A stretch of DNA of 64,000 nt, taken from an uncultured Actinomycetes bacterium. GTDB taxonomy: Bacteria; Actinomycetota; Actinomycetes; Streptosporangiales; Streptosporangiaceae. The position numbers were made by a program, and so were the translations under genes. The DNA lies in NCBI GenBank assembly GCA_963744005.1, contig CAVURU010000005.1, forward strand, positions 44,117 to 108,116, given 5' to 3'. Of the stretch, positions 48,234 through 57,650 are shown piece after piece (positions within the stretch are counted from its first letter, which is position 1; each line of letters opens with the position of its first letter). The notes beneath the pieces are model-generated. The model did no database searches, had not been told where the DNA came from, and saw only the letters and a list, made by a program, of their open reading frames with translations.

Positions 48234-49070
48234 TCAATAGGAAAAACAGGATAACGGGGACCGGCGGGCGACGGCGAACACCCGGCGGAACGGGAAGACC
48301 GTGCCGAAGGACCTCAGCGGGTAGGCCCGGCGGAGCCGCTCGCCGTACTCAGCCAGGAAGTCCCGGGCCGCCTCGGCGTCGAGCGCGGCCAGGACCGGGC
48401 GCAAGCCGGTGCCCTTGTACCACTCGAGCACCGGATCGTCGCCCGCCAGGATGTGCACGTAGGTCGTCTCCCAGGCGTCGACCTCGCAGCCGGCCTGGGC
48501 GAGCAGCTCCGCATAGCCAGCCGGGTCGGCCGACTGCCGGTTGAGCTCCGCGTCCCGCAGCAGCGGGTGCCATCGCGCCGAGGCCGCCATCTCGCGCATG
48601 ATCGCGTGTGACGGCTGGTCGAAGTTTCCCGGAACCTGGAATGCCAGCCAGCCGTCGCCGGCCAGCCAGCCCGCCCAGCGGACCAGGAGCTCCTCGTGGC
48701 CCGGCACCCACTGCAGCACGGCGTTGCTGATGATCACGTCGGGAGGGCCCTGGGGCTCCCAGTGCCGCACGTCGTCGATCATGAACGACAGCCTCGGGGA
48801 GTAGCCGCCCGGCGCGGGCTCGGATCCGACGGATGTCGCCGCCCGCACGGGAACCAGTTTCCGGGCGGCCTCGATCATCTGCGGCGAGCTGTCCACCCCG
48901 GTGACCTCGGCGGACGGCCAGCGCTCGGCGAGCGCGACGGTCAGGTTCCCGGGACCGCAGCCCAGGTCGGCGACATGCCCGGGACGCTCCGCTGCGACCC
49001 GGCCGAGCAGGTCGAAAAACGGCCTGGCCCGCTCACCGCCAAACCGCAGGTACTGCGTCGCGTCCCACAT
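48234..49070 (-). CDS. tam: Trans-aconitate 2-methyltransferase
   Basis: 278 aa with the N-terminal signature MWDATQYLRFGGERARPFFDLLGRV and the SAM motif VADLGCGPGNLT. Confidence 0.75.
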   Translation of the reverse strand: MWDATQYLRFGGERARPFFDLLGRVAAERPGHVADLGCGPGNLTVALAERWPSAEVTGVDSSPQMIEAARKLVPVRAATSVGSEPAPGGYSPRLSFMIDDVRHWEPQGPPDVIISNAVLQWVPGHEELLVRWAGWLAGDGWLAFQVPGNFDQPSHAIMREMAASARWHPLLRDAELNRQSADPAGYAELLAQAGCEVDAWETTYVHILAGDDPVLEWYKGTGLRPVLAALDAEAARDFLAEYGERLRRAYPLRSFGTVFPFRRVFAVARRSPLSCFSY

Positions 49071-49129
49071 AGCGGCTGATCCCTTCGGGGAGACACGTGA
49101 CCGCTGATCCCCTTGTACTCGCCCAGCAT

Positions 49130-49141
49130 CTTGACGTCAAG
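49130..49141. promoter_or_regulatory. Perfect 12-nt palindrome CTTGACGTCAAG in the tam / MarR divergent spacer (candidate MarR operator)
   Basis: It lies 16 nt upstream of the MarR ATG 49157 and reads TTGACG (-35-like) on both strands. Confidence 0.4.
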
Positions 49142-49156
49142 AGATACGCTCATGGA

Positions 49157-49702
49157 ATGGCCCAGCGCGCCGGCACCGGCACCGAGGACGGCTCCGAACC
49201 GCGAACCGGCCCGCGGGATGAGGTCGATGACCTGGTGGCCGCGTGGAATGCCCAGCGGCCGGATCTGGACGTCGAGCCGCTGGAGGTACTGAGCCGGATT
49301 TCCCGGCTGGCCCGGCACCTGGACATCGCCCGGCGCGGGGCGTTCGCCGACCACGGCCTGGAATCCTGGGAGTTCGACGTGCTCTCGGCGCTGCGCCGCC
49401 AGGGACCGCCCTTCCAGCTGACGCCCGGTGCGCTGCTCCGCGCCACCCTGGTCACCTCGGGCACCATGACCAACCGGATCGACCGGCTGGCCGCGGCCGG
49501 CCTGGTCCGCCGGGAGCCCGATCCCACCGATAAGCGCGGCGTGCTGGTCATCTTGACCGAGCAGGGCCGGACCCGGGTCGACGCGGCCCTGTCCGGGCTG
49601 CTGGACCGGGAGCGGGCCCTGCTGGCCGGGCTGGGCGCGAGCGAGCGCCGCCGCCTGGCCGACCTGATGCGCATCCTGCTCGCGCCGTTCGACGCTGAGT
49701 GA
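49157..49702 (+). CDS. MarR family transcriptional regulator
   Basis: Winged-helix pattern (..LESWEFDVLSALRRQGPPFQLTPGALLRATLVTSGTMTNRIDRLAAAGLVRREPDPTDKRG). The ORF is open from GTG 49097; ATG 49157 is preferred. Confidence 0.8.
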   Translation: MAQRAGTGTEDGSEPRTGPRDEVDDLVAAWNAQRPDLDVEPLEVLSRISRLARHLDIARRGAFADHGLESWEFDVLSALRRQGPPFQLTPGALLRATLVTSGTMTNRIDRLAAAGLVRREPDPTDKRGVLVILTEQGRTRVDAALSGLLDRERALLAGLGASERRRLADLMRILLAPFDAE

Positions 49703-49708
49703 CGCCGG

Positions 49709-51520
49709 TCACGGCTCGAACTCGGCGGCCAGGGTGAGCCAGCGGTCTTCCAGGGCGGATTTCTCGGACTGGACGGACCGGAGGTCAGCGCCCAGGGCGG
49801 TCAGCTTCTCGTAGTCGGTGGCGTTGGCGGCCAGCAGGCCGGTCAGCTCGGCCTCGCGGGCCGAGAGGCGGTCCAGCTGGCGTTCCAGGCGCTGGAGTTC
49901 CTTGCGGGCGGTCCGCTCGCCGGCCGCCGAGGAGCGGACCGGGGCGGCGGACACGGCGACCGGCTGCGGGCCGCCGGTGGAACCGGCCCGGGCCTCGCGG
50001 ATGCGGTCCAGGTACTCCTCGACGCCGCCGCCCAGGAACGACAGGCGGCCGTCGCCAAGCAGCGCCACCACGTGCTCGGTGACCCGCTCCAGGAAGTACC
50101 GGTCGTGGCTGACCACGACCATAGTCCCCGGCCAGCCGTCGAGGAGGTCCTCGAACTCGGTCAGGGTCTCGATGTCCAGGTCGTTGGTCGGCTCGTCCAG
50201 CAACAGGACGTTCGGCTCGTCCATCAGCAGCCGGAGCATCTGCACCCGGCGCCGCTCGCCGCCGGACAAGTCGCCGACCAGGGTCCACTGCCGCTCGGTG
50301 CTGAAGCCGAGGCGCTCCAGCAGCTGCCCGGCGGACAGCTCGCCGTCGCCCACCCGGACCCGGAGCCTGATCTCCTCGACCGCCTCGCGGACCCGCTGGC
50401 CGGGATCCAGCTCGGCCAGTTCCTGGGACAGGTGGGCCAGCCGCACCGTCCGGCCGCGCACCACCGTGCCGTCAACCAGGTGGCCCGGGCCGGTCGTGCC
50501 GGCCAGCAGGTTGAGCAGGGACGTCTTGCCGCTGCCGTTGACCCCGACGATCCCGACCCGGTCGCCCGGGCCGAGCTGCCAGGTCACGTCCTCGAGCAGC
50601 GGCCGGGCGACGCCGCCCGGCTGGTCCGGCGCCGGGCCGACCGACAGCGACACGTCCGCCAGCTCCAGGACCGTCTTGCCCAGCCGCGCGGTGGCCAGCC
50701 TGGTCAGCTCCACGGTGTCCCGGGCGGGCGGCTCGGCCGCGATGAGCGCGTTGGCCGTCTCCACCCGGAACTTGGCCTTGGTCGTGCGGGCCCGCGCGCC
50801 CCGCTGCAGCCAGGCCAGTTCCTTGCGGGCCAGGTTGCGGCGGCGGCGCTCGGTCACTTCCTCGCTGCGCTCACGTTCGGCCTGGGCCAGCACGTAGGCC
50901 GAGTAGCCGCCCTCGGCGGAGTGGACCTGGCCGCGGTCGACCTCCCAGGTCCGCTCGCAGATGGTGTCCAGCAGCCACCGGTCGTGGCTGACCACCACGA
51001 CCGCGCCGCGGCCGATCTCCGAGCGGTCCCGCAGGTGCCGGCCGAGCCAGTCGATGGCCTCGAGGTCCAGGTGGTTGGTCGGCTCGTCGAGGAGCAGCAC
51101 GTCGGGCTCGGCCACCAGCAGCGCGGCCAGCGCCACCCGGCGCCGCTCGCCGCCGGACAGCGTCCCGGCGGCCGCCGCCAGGCTCACCCCGGGCAGCAGC
51201 TCCGACACGATGGCGCGGACCCGGGGGTCGGCCTCCCACGGCACCTCACCGGACCGGCCGCGGAAGACGATCTGGCCCACCGGGCCGGCCAGCTGATCCT
51301 GCTGCGGCAGGTAGCCGACCCGCAGGCCGGCCGCGCGGGCCACCCGGCCCTCGTCCGGCGCGGTGGTCCCGGCCAGCAGGGCGAGCAGGGTCGACTTGCC
51401 CGCCCCGTTGCGGCCCACCACGCCGATCCGGTCACCAGCCCCGACTCCGAGCGAGACGCCGTCGAGCAGCCTGCGGTGCGCATAGGCCTTGGCCGCTTTT
51501 TCCAGGCTGATCAGGTTCAC
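49709..51520 (-). CDS. ABC-F family ATPase (two NBDs, no TM; Uup/EttA-like translation factor class)
   Basis: GTG 51520 overlaps the ispE TGA. Walker A motifs GRNGAGKST and GVNGSGKTS. Two LSGGERRR signatures. C-terminal coiled-coil-like tail. Confidence 0.9.
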   Translation of the reverse strand: MNLISLEKAAKAYAHRRLLDGVSLGVGAGDRIGVVGRNGAGKSTLLALLAGTTAPDEGRVARAAGLRVGYLPQQDQLAGPVGQIVFRGRSGEVPWEADPRVRAIVSELLPGVSLAAAAGTLSGGERRRVALAALLVAEPDVLLLDEPTNHLDLEAIDWLGRHLRDRSEIGRGAVVVVSHDRWLLDTICERTWEVDRGQVHSAEGGYSAYVLAQAERERSEEVTERRRRNLARKELAWLQRGARARTTKAKFRVETANALIAAEPPARDTVELTRLATARLGKTVLELADVSLSVGPAPDQPGGVARPLLEDVTWQLGPGDRVGIVGVNGSGKTSLLNLLAGTTGPGHLVDGTVVRGRTVRLAHLSQELAELDPGQRVREAVEEIRLRVRVGDGELSAGQLLERLGFSTERQWTLVGDLSGGERRRVQMLRLLMDEPNVLLLDEPTNDLDIETLTEFEDLLDGWPGTMVVVSHDRYFLERVTEHVVALLGDGRLSFLGGGVEEYLDRIREARAGSTGGPQPVAVSAAPVRSSAAGERTARKELQRLERQLDRLSAREAELTGLLAANATDYEKLTALGADLRSVQSEKSALEDRWLTLAAEFEP

Positions 51521-52455
51521 TGACCGGTACCCACCACGGTGGCCCCCGGCACCGGCCCGCTGACCCGGGCCACGGACCGGCACACCCCGGCCCCGGAGAT
51601 GGCCACGGCCAGTTCCAGCGCACGCTCCGCGTTCGCCGCGAGGAACACGCAGGTCGGGCCGGAGCCGGACACCAGGGCCCCGAGCGCCCCGAGCTCCAGC
51701 CCCGCGGTCAGCGTCCGGCGCAGGGCGGGGAAGAGGGAGACCGCGGCCTGCTGCAGGTCGTTGCTCAGCCGCGAGCCGACCAGCTTGGCGTCGCCCGACC
51801 GCAGCGCGGACATGAGCCCGTTGTCGAGATCGGGCGAGATGGCCTTCCGCGGCACGCCCGGCTGGGCGCCTCTGAGCCGGTCCAGGGCGCCGTACACCTC
51901 GGGGGTGGACAGGTGCCCGTCGGCGAGGGCCAGCACCCAGTGGTACTGGGTGGCGGGGGCCAGCGCGGGCGTGAGCTGCTCGCCGCGGCCGCGGCCCACC
52001 GCGGTGCCGCCCAGCAGCGCGAAGGCCACGTCGCTGCCGACCGTGGCGGCGATCGGGATCAGCTGCTGCTGGGTCAGGCCGCAGCCCCACAGCTCGTTGC
52101 ACGCGACCAGGGCGGCCGCCGCGTCGGCGCTGCCGCCCGCGAGCCCGGCGGCCACCGGGATCCGCTTGGCGATGGTGACGTGCACCCGGCCGGGCCCGCC
52201 CGCGCGATCGCGGACCGCGGACCGCAGCGCCGCGACGGCGCGCAGGGCCAGGTTGTCCCCGTCGGCGGGCACCTGGTCCGCGCCCTCTCCGGTGACGGTG
52301 ACCCGGTCGCGCCCGGACGGCTCGACCGTGACCTCGTCATGGAGCGAAACGGCATGAAACACCGTCACCAGGTCGTGGTATCCGTCGGACCGGCGCGGAC
52401 CCACCGCGAGCTGGAGGTTGATTTTGGCGGGAACCCGCACGCTGACCCACGTCAC
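51517..52455 (-). CDS. ispE: 4-diphosphocytidyl-2-C-methyl-D-erythritol kinase
   Basis: GTG 52455 overlaps the rsmA TGA. GHMP-kinase motifs ([30 protein letters not shown]). Confidence 0.9.
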   Translation of the reverse strand: MTWVSVRVPAKINLQLAVGPRRSDGYHDLVTVFHAVSLHDEVTVEPSGRDRVTVTGEGADQVPADGDNLALRAVAALRSAVRDRAGGPGRVHVTIAKRIPVAAGLAGGSADAAAALVACNELWGCGLTQQQLIPIAATVGSDVAFALLGGTAVGRGRGEQLTPALAPATQYHWVLALADGHLSTPEVYGALDRLRGAQPGVPRKAISPDLDNGLMSALRSGDAKLVGSRLSNDLQQAAVSLFPALRRTLTAGLELGALGALVSGSGPTCVFLAANAERALELAVAISGAGVCRSVARVSGPVPGATVVGTGQ

Positions 52456-53381
52456 GATGATGCGATCGTACGCGCCGACGCGAGGCGGGCGAACTCCGCC
52501 ACGCTCAGCGCCTCCCCGCGCGCGCCGGGGTCGATCCCGGCCGCGCGCAGCAGCCGCTCGGCCTCGGGTGCCGACCCGGCCCAGCCCGCCAGGGCGGCCC
52601 GGAGCGTCTTGCGCCGCTGGCCGAACGCGGCGTCGATCAGCGCGAAGACCTCGGCCCGGCTGGCGGCCGAGGCCGGGGGGTCGTGCCGGGTGAAGGCGAC
52701 CAGCCGGGAGTCCACGTTCGGCACCGGCCAGAACACGGTGCGCGGCACGGTCCCGGCCGGGCGCGCGGCCGCGTACCAGGCCAGCTTCACCGACGGGCCG
52801 CCGTACACCCGCGAGCCCGGCCCGGCGCACATCCGGTCGGCCACCTCGGCCTGCACCATGACCAGGCCGCGCGCCAGCGAGGGCAGGGCGGCCAGCAGGT
52901 GCAGCACCACCGGCACCGCGATGTTGTACGGCAGGTTGGCGACCAGGAGCGAGGGCAGGCCCGGACCCGGCCAGCCGGCCGGGTCCGCGGCGTGCGCCGC
53001 GGCGGCCGCATCCCGCAGGCCGGGCTCGCCGATGCGCAGCGCGTCGGCGGGCACGACCAGCACCCGGCCGCTCAGGCCCGGGGCCCGGGCGGCCAGCGTG
53101 CCCGGCAGCTCGCCGGCCAGCAGGCGGTCGACCTCGACCGCGATCAGCCGGCTCGCGCCCGCCTCGAGCAGGGCCAGGGTCAGCGAGCCGAGCCCGGGCC
53201 CGACCTCCAGCACGACGTCGTCCGGGCCGAGCCGGGCCAGCGTGGCGATCCGCCGTACCGTGCCCTGGTCGGTGACGAAGTTCTGCCCGAGCCGCTTGGA
53301 CGGCCGCAGGCCGAGCCGGCTGGCCAGCTCCCGGACGGCCCCCGGGGTGAGCAGCTGCACCTCCCGGCGCACCGTCACCAT
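52452..53381 (-). CDS. rsmA: 16S rRNA (adenine1518/1519-N6)-dimethyltransferase
   Basis: 309 aa starting at ATG 53381. KsgA pattern (LGQNFV.., [23 protein letters not shown]). Confidence 0.9.
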   Translation of the reverse strand: MVTVRREVQLLTPGAVRELASRLGLRPSKRLGQNFVTDQGTVRRIATLARLGPDDVVLEVGPGLGSLTLALLEAGASRLIAVEVDRLLAGELPGTLAARAPGLSGRVLVVPADALRIGEPGLRDAAAAAHAADPAGWPGPGLPSLLVANLPYNIAVPVVLHLLAALPSLARGLVMVQAEVADRMCAGPGSRVYGGPSVKLAWYAAARPAGTVPRTVFWPVPNVDSRLVAFTRHDPPASAASRAEVFALIDAAFGQRRKTLRAALAGWAGSAPEAERLLRAAGIDPGARGEALSVAEFARLASARTIASS

Positions 53382-53410
53382 CCGGCCCCGGCCCGTGCGC
53401 CTCCGCTTGC

Positions 53411-53463
53411 GCACCGATGGACCATCGGTGCGGCTATAGCGACACCGATGTGCCATCGGTGTC
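53411..53463. repeat. Two related palindromes sharing the half-site CACCGATG in the rsmA leader
   Basis: GCACCGATGG-a-CCATCGGTGC (53411-53431) and GACACCGATG-tgc-CATCGGTGTC (53441-53463). Their centres are 31 nt apart, and they lie 30-80 nt upstream of the rsmA ATG. Confidence 0.7.
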
Positions 53464-53492
53464 GTGGACCTGGGTCGGATGTGACCCGTGGG

Positions 53493-53560
53493 GCAGTGAG
53501 CAGGGAGGCAGCGGGCCGGGAGGCAGCGAGCAGGGAGGCAGCGGGCGGCAGAACGGCAGG
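53493..53560. repeat. Tandem repeat, 15-nt period (30-nt super-unit), motif GGGAGGCAGCG x3
   Basis: GGGAGGCAGCG occurs at 53503, 53518 and 53533. The 30-nt units 53493-53522 and 53523-53552 are about 87% identical. The repeat is non-coding, between tatD and rsmA. Confidence 0.75.
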
Positions 53561-53584
53561 CGCAGGGGTGGCGGGCACCGCGGG

Positions 53585-54460
53585 CTACCAGGGGCCGAAG
53601 GCGCGCTGCGCGGTGGCCGTGATCAGGTCGCACATCCCGGCCAGGTCGAGGCCCTGCAGCTCGGCCAGGCAGCGGACGGTGTAGCCGGCCTGGGCGGGCT
53701 CGTTGGGCCGGCCCCGGTTGGGCACCGGGGTCAGGAACGGGGCGTCGGTCTCGGCCAGCAGCAGGTCGGCCGGGGCGGCCGCGGCCGCGTCACGCAGCGG
53801 CTGGGCGTTGCCGAAGGTGACGTTGCCCGCGAACGACATCAGGTAGCCGGCCTCGGCGCACTGCCGGGCCATGGCCACGTCGCCGGAGAAGCAGTGGAAC
53901 ACGACCCGGGGCGGCGGCCCCTCCTCGGCCAGGATGCGCAGCACGTCCGCGTGCGCCTCCCGGTCGTGGATCATCAGCGCCTTGCCGGTGCGCTTGGCGA
54001 TCCTGATGTGCTCGCGGAACCACCAGCGCTGCAGGCCGGGATCGGCGTGGTCGCGGTAGTAGTCCAGGCCGGTCTCCCCCACCGCGACGACCCGCGGCTG
54101 CCGGGCCAGCGCCTCGATCTCGGCCAGCACCTGGTCCGCGGTGAGCGGAAGGTCAGGCCGCGGCGGCACCGATGCGTGCGGTGCTCGCGGCTCCCGGGCC
54201 TGGGCGGCGGGCGCGGTGGCGTCCTCGGTGTCGTTGGGGTGGATCGCGACCGCGGCGTAGACATCCTCGTGCTCCGCGGCGGCGCGCGCCGACCAGTGCG
54301 AGGACTCCAGGTCCGTCCCGACCGTGACCACCCGGACGATCCCCGCGGCCCGGGCCGCGGCCAGCACGTCCTGCGGCGGCCGGTCGATGAAGTCCAGGTG
54401 GGTGTGGGCGTCCAGGGCCGGCCGGGGCAGAGCAGGAGGCGGTACCGGGGCGGTCACCAC
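53585..54460 (-). CDS. TatD family metal-dependent hydrolase (DNase)
   Basis: 291 aa with the N-terminal DAHTHLD motif and later HCFSG and ETDAPFL motifs. A low-complexity insertion of about 40 aa is present. Confidence 0.8.
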   Translation of the reverse strand: MVTAPVPPPALPRPALDAHTHLDFIDRPPQDVLAAARAAGIVRVVTVGTDLESSHWSARAAAEHEDVYAAVAIHPNDTEDATAPAAQAREPRAPHASVPPRPDLPLTADQVLAEIEALARQPRVVAVGETGLDYYRDHADPGLQRWWFREHIRIAKRTGKALMIHDREAHADVLRILAEEGPPPRVVFHCFSGDVAMARQCAEAGYLMSFAGNVTFGNAQPLRDAAAAAPADLLLAETDAPFLTPVPNRGRPNEPAQAGYTVRCLAELQGLDLAGMCDLITATAQRAFGPW

Positions 54461-54485
54461 GGCTCGTTCGGCCCGGGAGACATGC

Positions 54486-56270
54486 TCACGCGGCCCCGAG
54501 CCGGGCCAGTTCCTCGTCCACCACCGACTTGTCCAGCTTGGTGAACAGGGGCACCGGGGCGGACAGCGGCGTACCCGGCCGCAGCGGCACCGACGCCCAG
54601 CGGGCCGCGCCGTCGTACTGGCCGGTGATGACCGGGTAGGAGGGCCCGCCGTCCTCGTCGACTTCCTCCACGCGAGGCATGTCCGACCAGGTGCCCGTGC
54701 CGCCCAGCATCTCGTACACCTTCTGGGAGGAGCGGGGCAGGAACGGGGTGAGCAGCGTCTTGGCGTCGTCGACGAGCTGCAGAGCCACGTGCAGGACGGT
54801 GCGCATCCGGTCCGGGTCGGACTCGCGCAGCTTCCACGGGGCCTGCTCGGAGAAGTACTTGTTGGCCTCGGCCACCGTCCGCATCGTCTCGTTGATGGCG
54901 AACTTGAACCGGGACCGGGCCAGGTGCTCGCCGACCGTGCCGAAGGCCTCCCGGGACCGGGCCAGCAGGTCAGCGTCCGCGGCGGTCAGCTGGCCGGCCT
55001 CGGGGATCGACCCGATGTTCCGGGCCGCGAACGAGACGGCGCGGTTGACCAGGTTTCCCCAGGTGGCGACCAGCTCGTCATTGTTGCGCCGGACGAACTC
55101 GCTCCAGGTGAAGTCGGTGTCCTGGTTCTCCGGGCCGGCGATGGCCACGTAGTACCGCAGCGCGTCCACGTCGTAGCGGGCCAGGAAGTCCCGGACGTAG
55201 ATCACCACCGAGCGGGACGAGGAGAACTTGCGGCCCTCCATGGTCAGGTACTCACTCGAGACCACCTCGGCGGGCAGGTTCAGCGTGCCCAGCGGCCCGG
55301 GCTCCCCGCCGCGGGCGCCGCGGCCGTTGTAGCCGAGCAGCATGGCCGGCCAGATCTCGGAGTGGAAGACGATGTTGTCCTTGCCCATGAAGTAGTACGA
55401 CTCGGCGTCCGGGTCGTTCCACCAGGCCCGCCAGGCGTCCGGGTCGCCGCTGCGGCGAGCCCACTCGACGGACGCCGACAGGTACCCGATGACCGCGTCG
55501 AACCAGACGTAGATCCGCTTGTCGTTCCGGTCGCGCCAGCCGTCCAGCGGGACCGGCACGCCCCAGTCCAGGTCCCGGGTGATGGCCCGCGGCTGCAGGT
55601 CATCCAGCAGGTTCAGGGAGAACTTGAGCACGTTGGGCCGCCAGTGCCCGGCCTTGGCCTGCAGCCAGCCGCCCAGCGCCTCGGCGAAGGCGGGCAGGTC
55701 GAGGAAGTAGTGCTCGGTCTCCTTGAACAGCGGCGTCTCGCCGTTGATCCGGGACCGCGGGTTGATCAGGTCAGCCGGGTCGAGCTGGTTGCCGCAGTTG
55801 TCGCACTGATCGCCGCGGGCGCTGGGATAGCTGCAGATCGGGCAGGTGCCCTCGATGTAGCGGTCGGGCAGCGTCCGGCCGGTGGACGGCGAGATCGCGC
55901 CCAGCGTGGTCTTGGGGAAGATGTACCCGTTGGCCAGCAGCCGGGTGAAGATCTCCTGGGTGACCGAGGCGTGATTGCGGGTGGTGGTCCGGGTGAACAG
56001 GTCATAGGTCATGCCCAGGCCGGTCAGGTCGTCGACGATGACCCGGTTGTAGCGGTCGGCGAGCTCGCGGGCGGTCACGCCCTCGGCGTCCGCCTGGACC
56101 TGGATGGGCGTGCCGTGCTCGTCGGTGCCGCTCACCATCAGCACCTTGTTTCCTGCCATCCGCTGGTACCGGCTGAACATGTCGCACGGCAGGGCGAAGC
56201 CGGACACGTGACCGATGTGACGAGGGCCGTTAGCGTACGGCCAGGCCGGAGCGGACAGGATGGTGCGCAT
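54486..56270 (-). CDS. metG: Methionine--tRNA ligase
   Basis: 594 aa with a HIGH-type motif ([11 protein letters not shown]), the zinc knuckle [18 protein letters not shown] and a KMSKS-like motif (KFSSSR). Confidence 0.95.
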   Translation of the reverse strand: MRTILSAPAWPYANGPRHIGHVSGFALPCDMFSRYQRMAGNKVLMVSGTDEHGTPIQVQADAEGVTARELADRYNRVIVDDLTGLGMTYDLFTRTTTRNHASVTQEIFTRLLANGYIFPKTTLGAISPSTGRTLPDRYIEGTCPICSYPSARGDQCDNCGNQLDPADLINPRSRINGETPLFKETEHYFLDLPAFAEALGGWLQAKAGHWRPNVLKFSLNLLDDLQPRAITRDLDWGVPVPLDGWRDRNDKRIYVWFDAVIGYLSASVEWARRSGDPDAWRAWWNDPDAESYYFMGKDNIVFHSEIWPAMLLGYNGRGARGGEPGPLGTLNLPAEVVSSEYLTMEGRKFSSSRSVVIYVRDFLARYDVDALRYYVAIAGPENQDTDFTWSEFVRRNNDELVATWGNLVNRAVSFAARNIGSIPEAGQLTAADADLLARSREAFGTVGEHLARSRFKFAINETMRTVAEANKYFSEQAPWKLRESDPDRMRTVLHVALQLVDDAKTLLTPFLPRSSQKVYEMLGGTGTWSDMPRVEEVDEDGGPSYPVITGQYDGAARWASVPLRPGTPLSAPVPLFTKLDKSVVDEELARLGAA

Positions 56271-56273
56271 GGG

Positions 56274-57524
56274 TTAAAGCCTAGGGCCAGCCGCCGACTG
56301 CTCAAGGTTATTAACGGCGCTGTCCCCGGCCGGCGCGGCCGCAGCCACCACCACCGGGTGGCGGGTGTGCTTGATGCCCAGGATGGACAGGAAGAACGTG
56401 CCCAGGATGACCTGGCAGCTGACGATCAGCGCGGTGACCGACGGGATCATCAGCCGCAGCGAGTGCTCATAGTTCAGGTGGCTGAACTTCTGGCCGTTCC
56501 AGTTCAGCAGCGAGATGACGAGCCCGGCCAGGCCGGCCGCGCCGATCGCCGCGCCCAGCAGCAGCCCGCGTTCCAGGCTGAGCTTCTCCAGCAGCCGGGT
56601 GACCTTCGGCTCCTCGGGCAGGAATCCCTCCGAGCCGGCGTACACCTGGGTGAAAAGCCAGAACAGCACGGACTGGAAGCCAATCACCACCATGGCCGAG
56701 GCAGCCACCAGGGTGTCCACGTCGAAGGTCACGGTGCCGACCCGGAACGGGTGCGGTGAGACGATCGCGCCGATGACCAGGCCCGCGATGAGCAGCGCCA
56801 GGCCGGGCAGGAAGAACAGCCAGCGCGGGCTGAACAGCATCAGGAACCGCAGGTGGCGCCAGCCGTCCCGCCAGGTGTGCAGGTGCGGCGGCAGGCTCCG
56901 GCCGTCCTTGGCCAGCGTGGTCGGCACCTCGGTCACCCGCTGGCCGTACAGCGCGGCCTTGACCACGATCTCGCTGGCGAACTCCATCCCGGTGGCCTGC
57001 AGCCCCAGCGCCAGCACGCTCTCGCGCTTGAACCCGCGCAGCCCGCAGTGGAAGTCGCCGATCTTGCTGCGGAAGAACAGCCGGCCGATGAAGCTGAGCA
57101 CCGGGTTGCCCAGGTAGCGGTGCAGCGGCGGCATGGCGCCCGGCGCGATCCCGCCGGCGAAGCGGTTCCCCATGACCAGGTCCGCCCCGTCGCGCAGCTC
57201 CTCGACGAACGGCATCAGGTTGGTGAAGTCGTAGCTGTCGTCGGCGTCGCCCATGATGACGTACGTGCCGCGGGCCGCGATGATGCCGCCCATCAGGGCG
57301 TTGCCGTAGCCCTTCTCGCTGACCGGCACGACCCGGGCACCCGCCTCGGTGGCCAGCCGCTGGCTGCCGTCCGTGCTCCCGTTGTCAGCCACGACCACCT
57401 CGCCGTCGATCCCGCTGGCGGTCAGGAACCCGATAGCCTTGCGGACGCACGTCGCCACGGTCTCCGCCTCGTTGAGGCAGGGCATGACCACGGTCAGCTC
57501 CACGTTTTCGTCTCCTTTGTTCAC
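56274..57524 (-). CDS. GT2 glycosyltransferase with C-terminal 4-TM domain (polyprenyl-phosphate sugar synthase-like)
   Basis: 416 aa with a GT-A N-terminus (VVMPCLNEAETV.., ADNGSTDGS, GDADDSYD) followed by four hydrophobic helices. The stop lies 3 nt before the metG start. Confidence 0.8.
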   Translation of the reverse strand: MNKGDENVELTVVMPCLNEAETVATCVRKAIGFLTASGIDGEVVVADNGSTDGSQRLATEAGARVVPVSEKGYGNALMGGIIAARGTYVIMGDADDSYDFTNLMPFVEELRDGADLVMGNRFAGGIAPGAMPPLHRYLGNPVLSFIGRLFFRSKIGDFHCGLRGFKRESVLALGLQATGMEFASEIVVKAALYGQRVTEVPTTLAKDGRSLPPHLHTWRDGWRHLRFLMLFSPRWLFFLPGLALLIAGLVIGAIVSPHPFRVGTVTFDVDTLVAASAMVVIGFQSVLFWLFTQVYAGSEGFLPEEPKVTRLLEKLSLERGLLLGAAIGAAGLAGLVISLLNWNGQKFSHLNYEHSLRLMIPSVTALIVSCQVILGTFFLSILGIKHTRHPVVVAAAAPAGDSAVNNLEQSAAGPRL

Positions 57525-57650
57525 CGTCAGCGGATCGGCGGCATCGGCCGTCCGTGGTCGCGCGTCGTATTACCGTAGGCGGGGACGAACGCACTGCCAC
57601 CGGCCGTTTGGTCACCGTCAGGGTTAAAAGCCAGCACAGGAGGGTACGGC

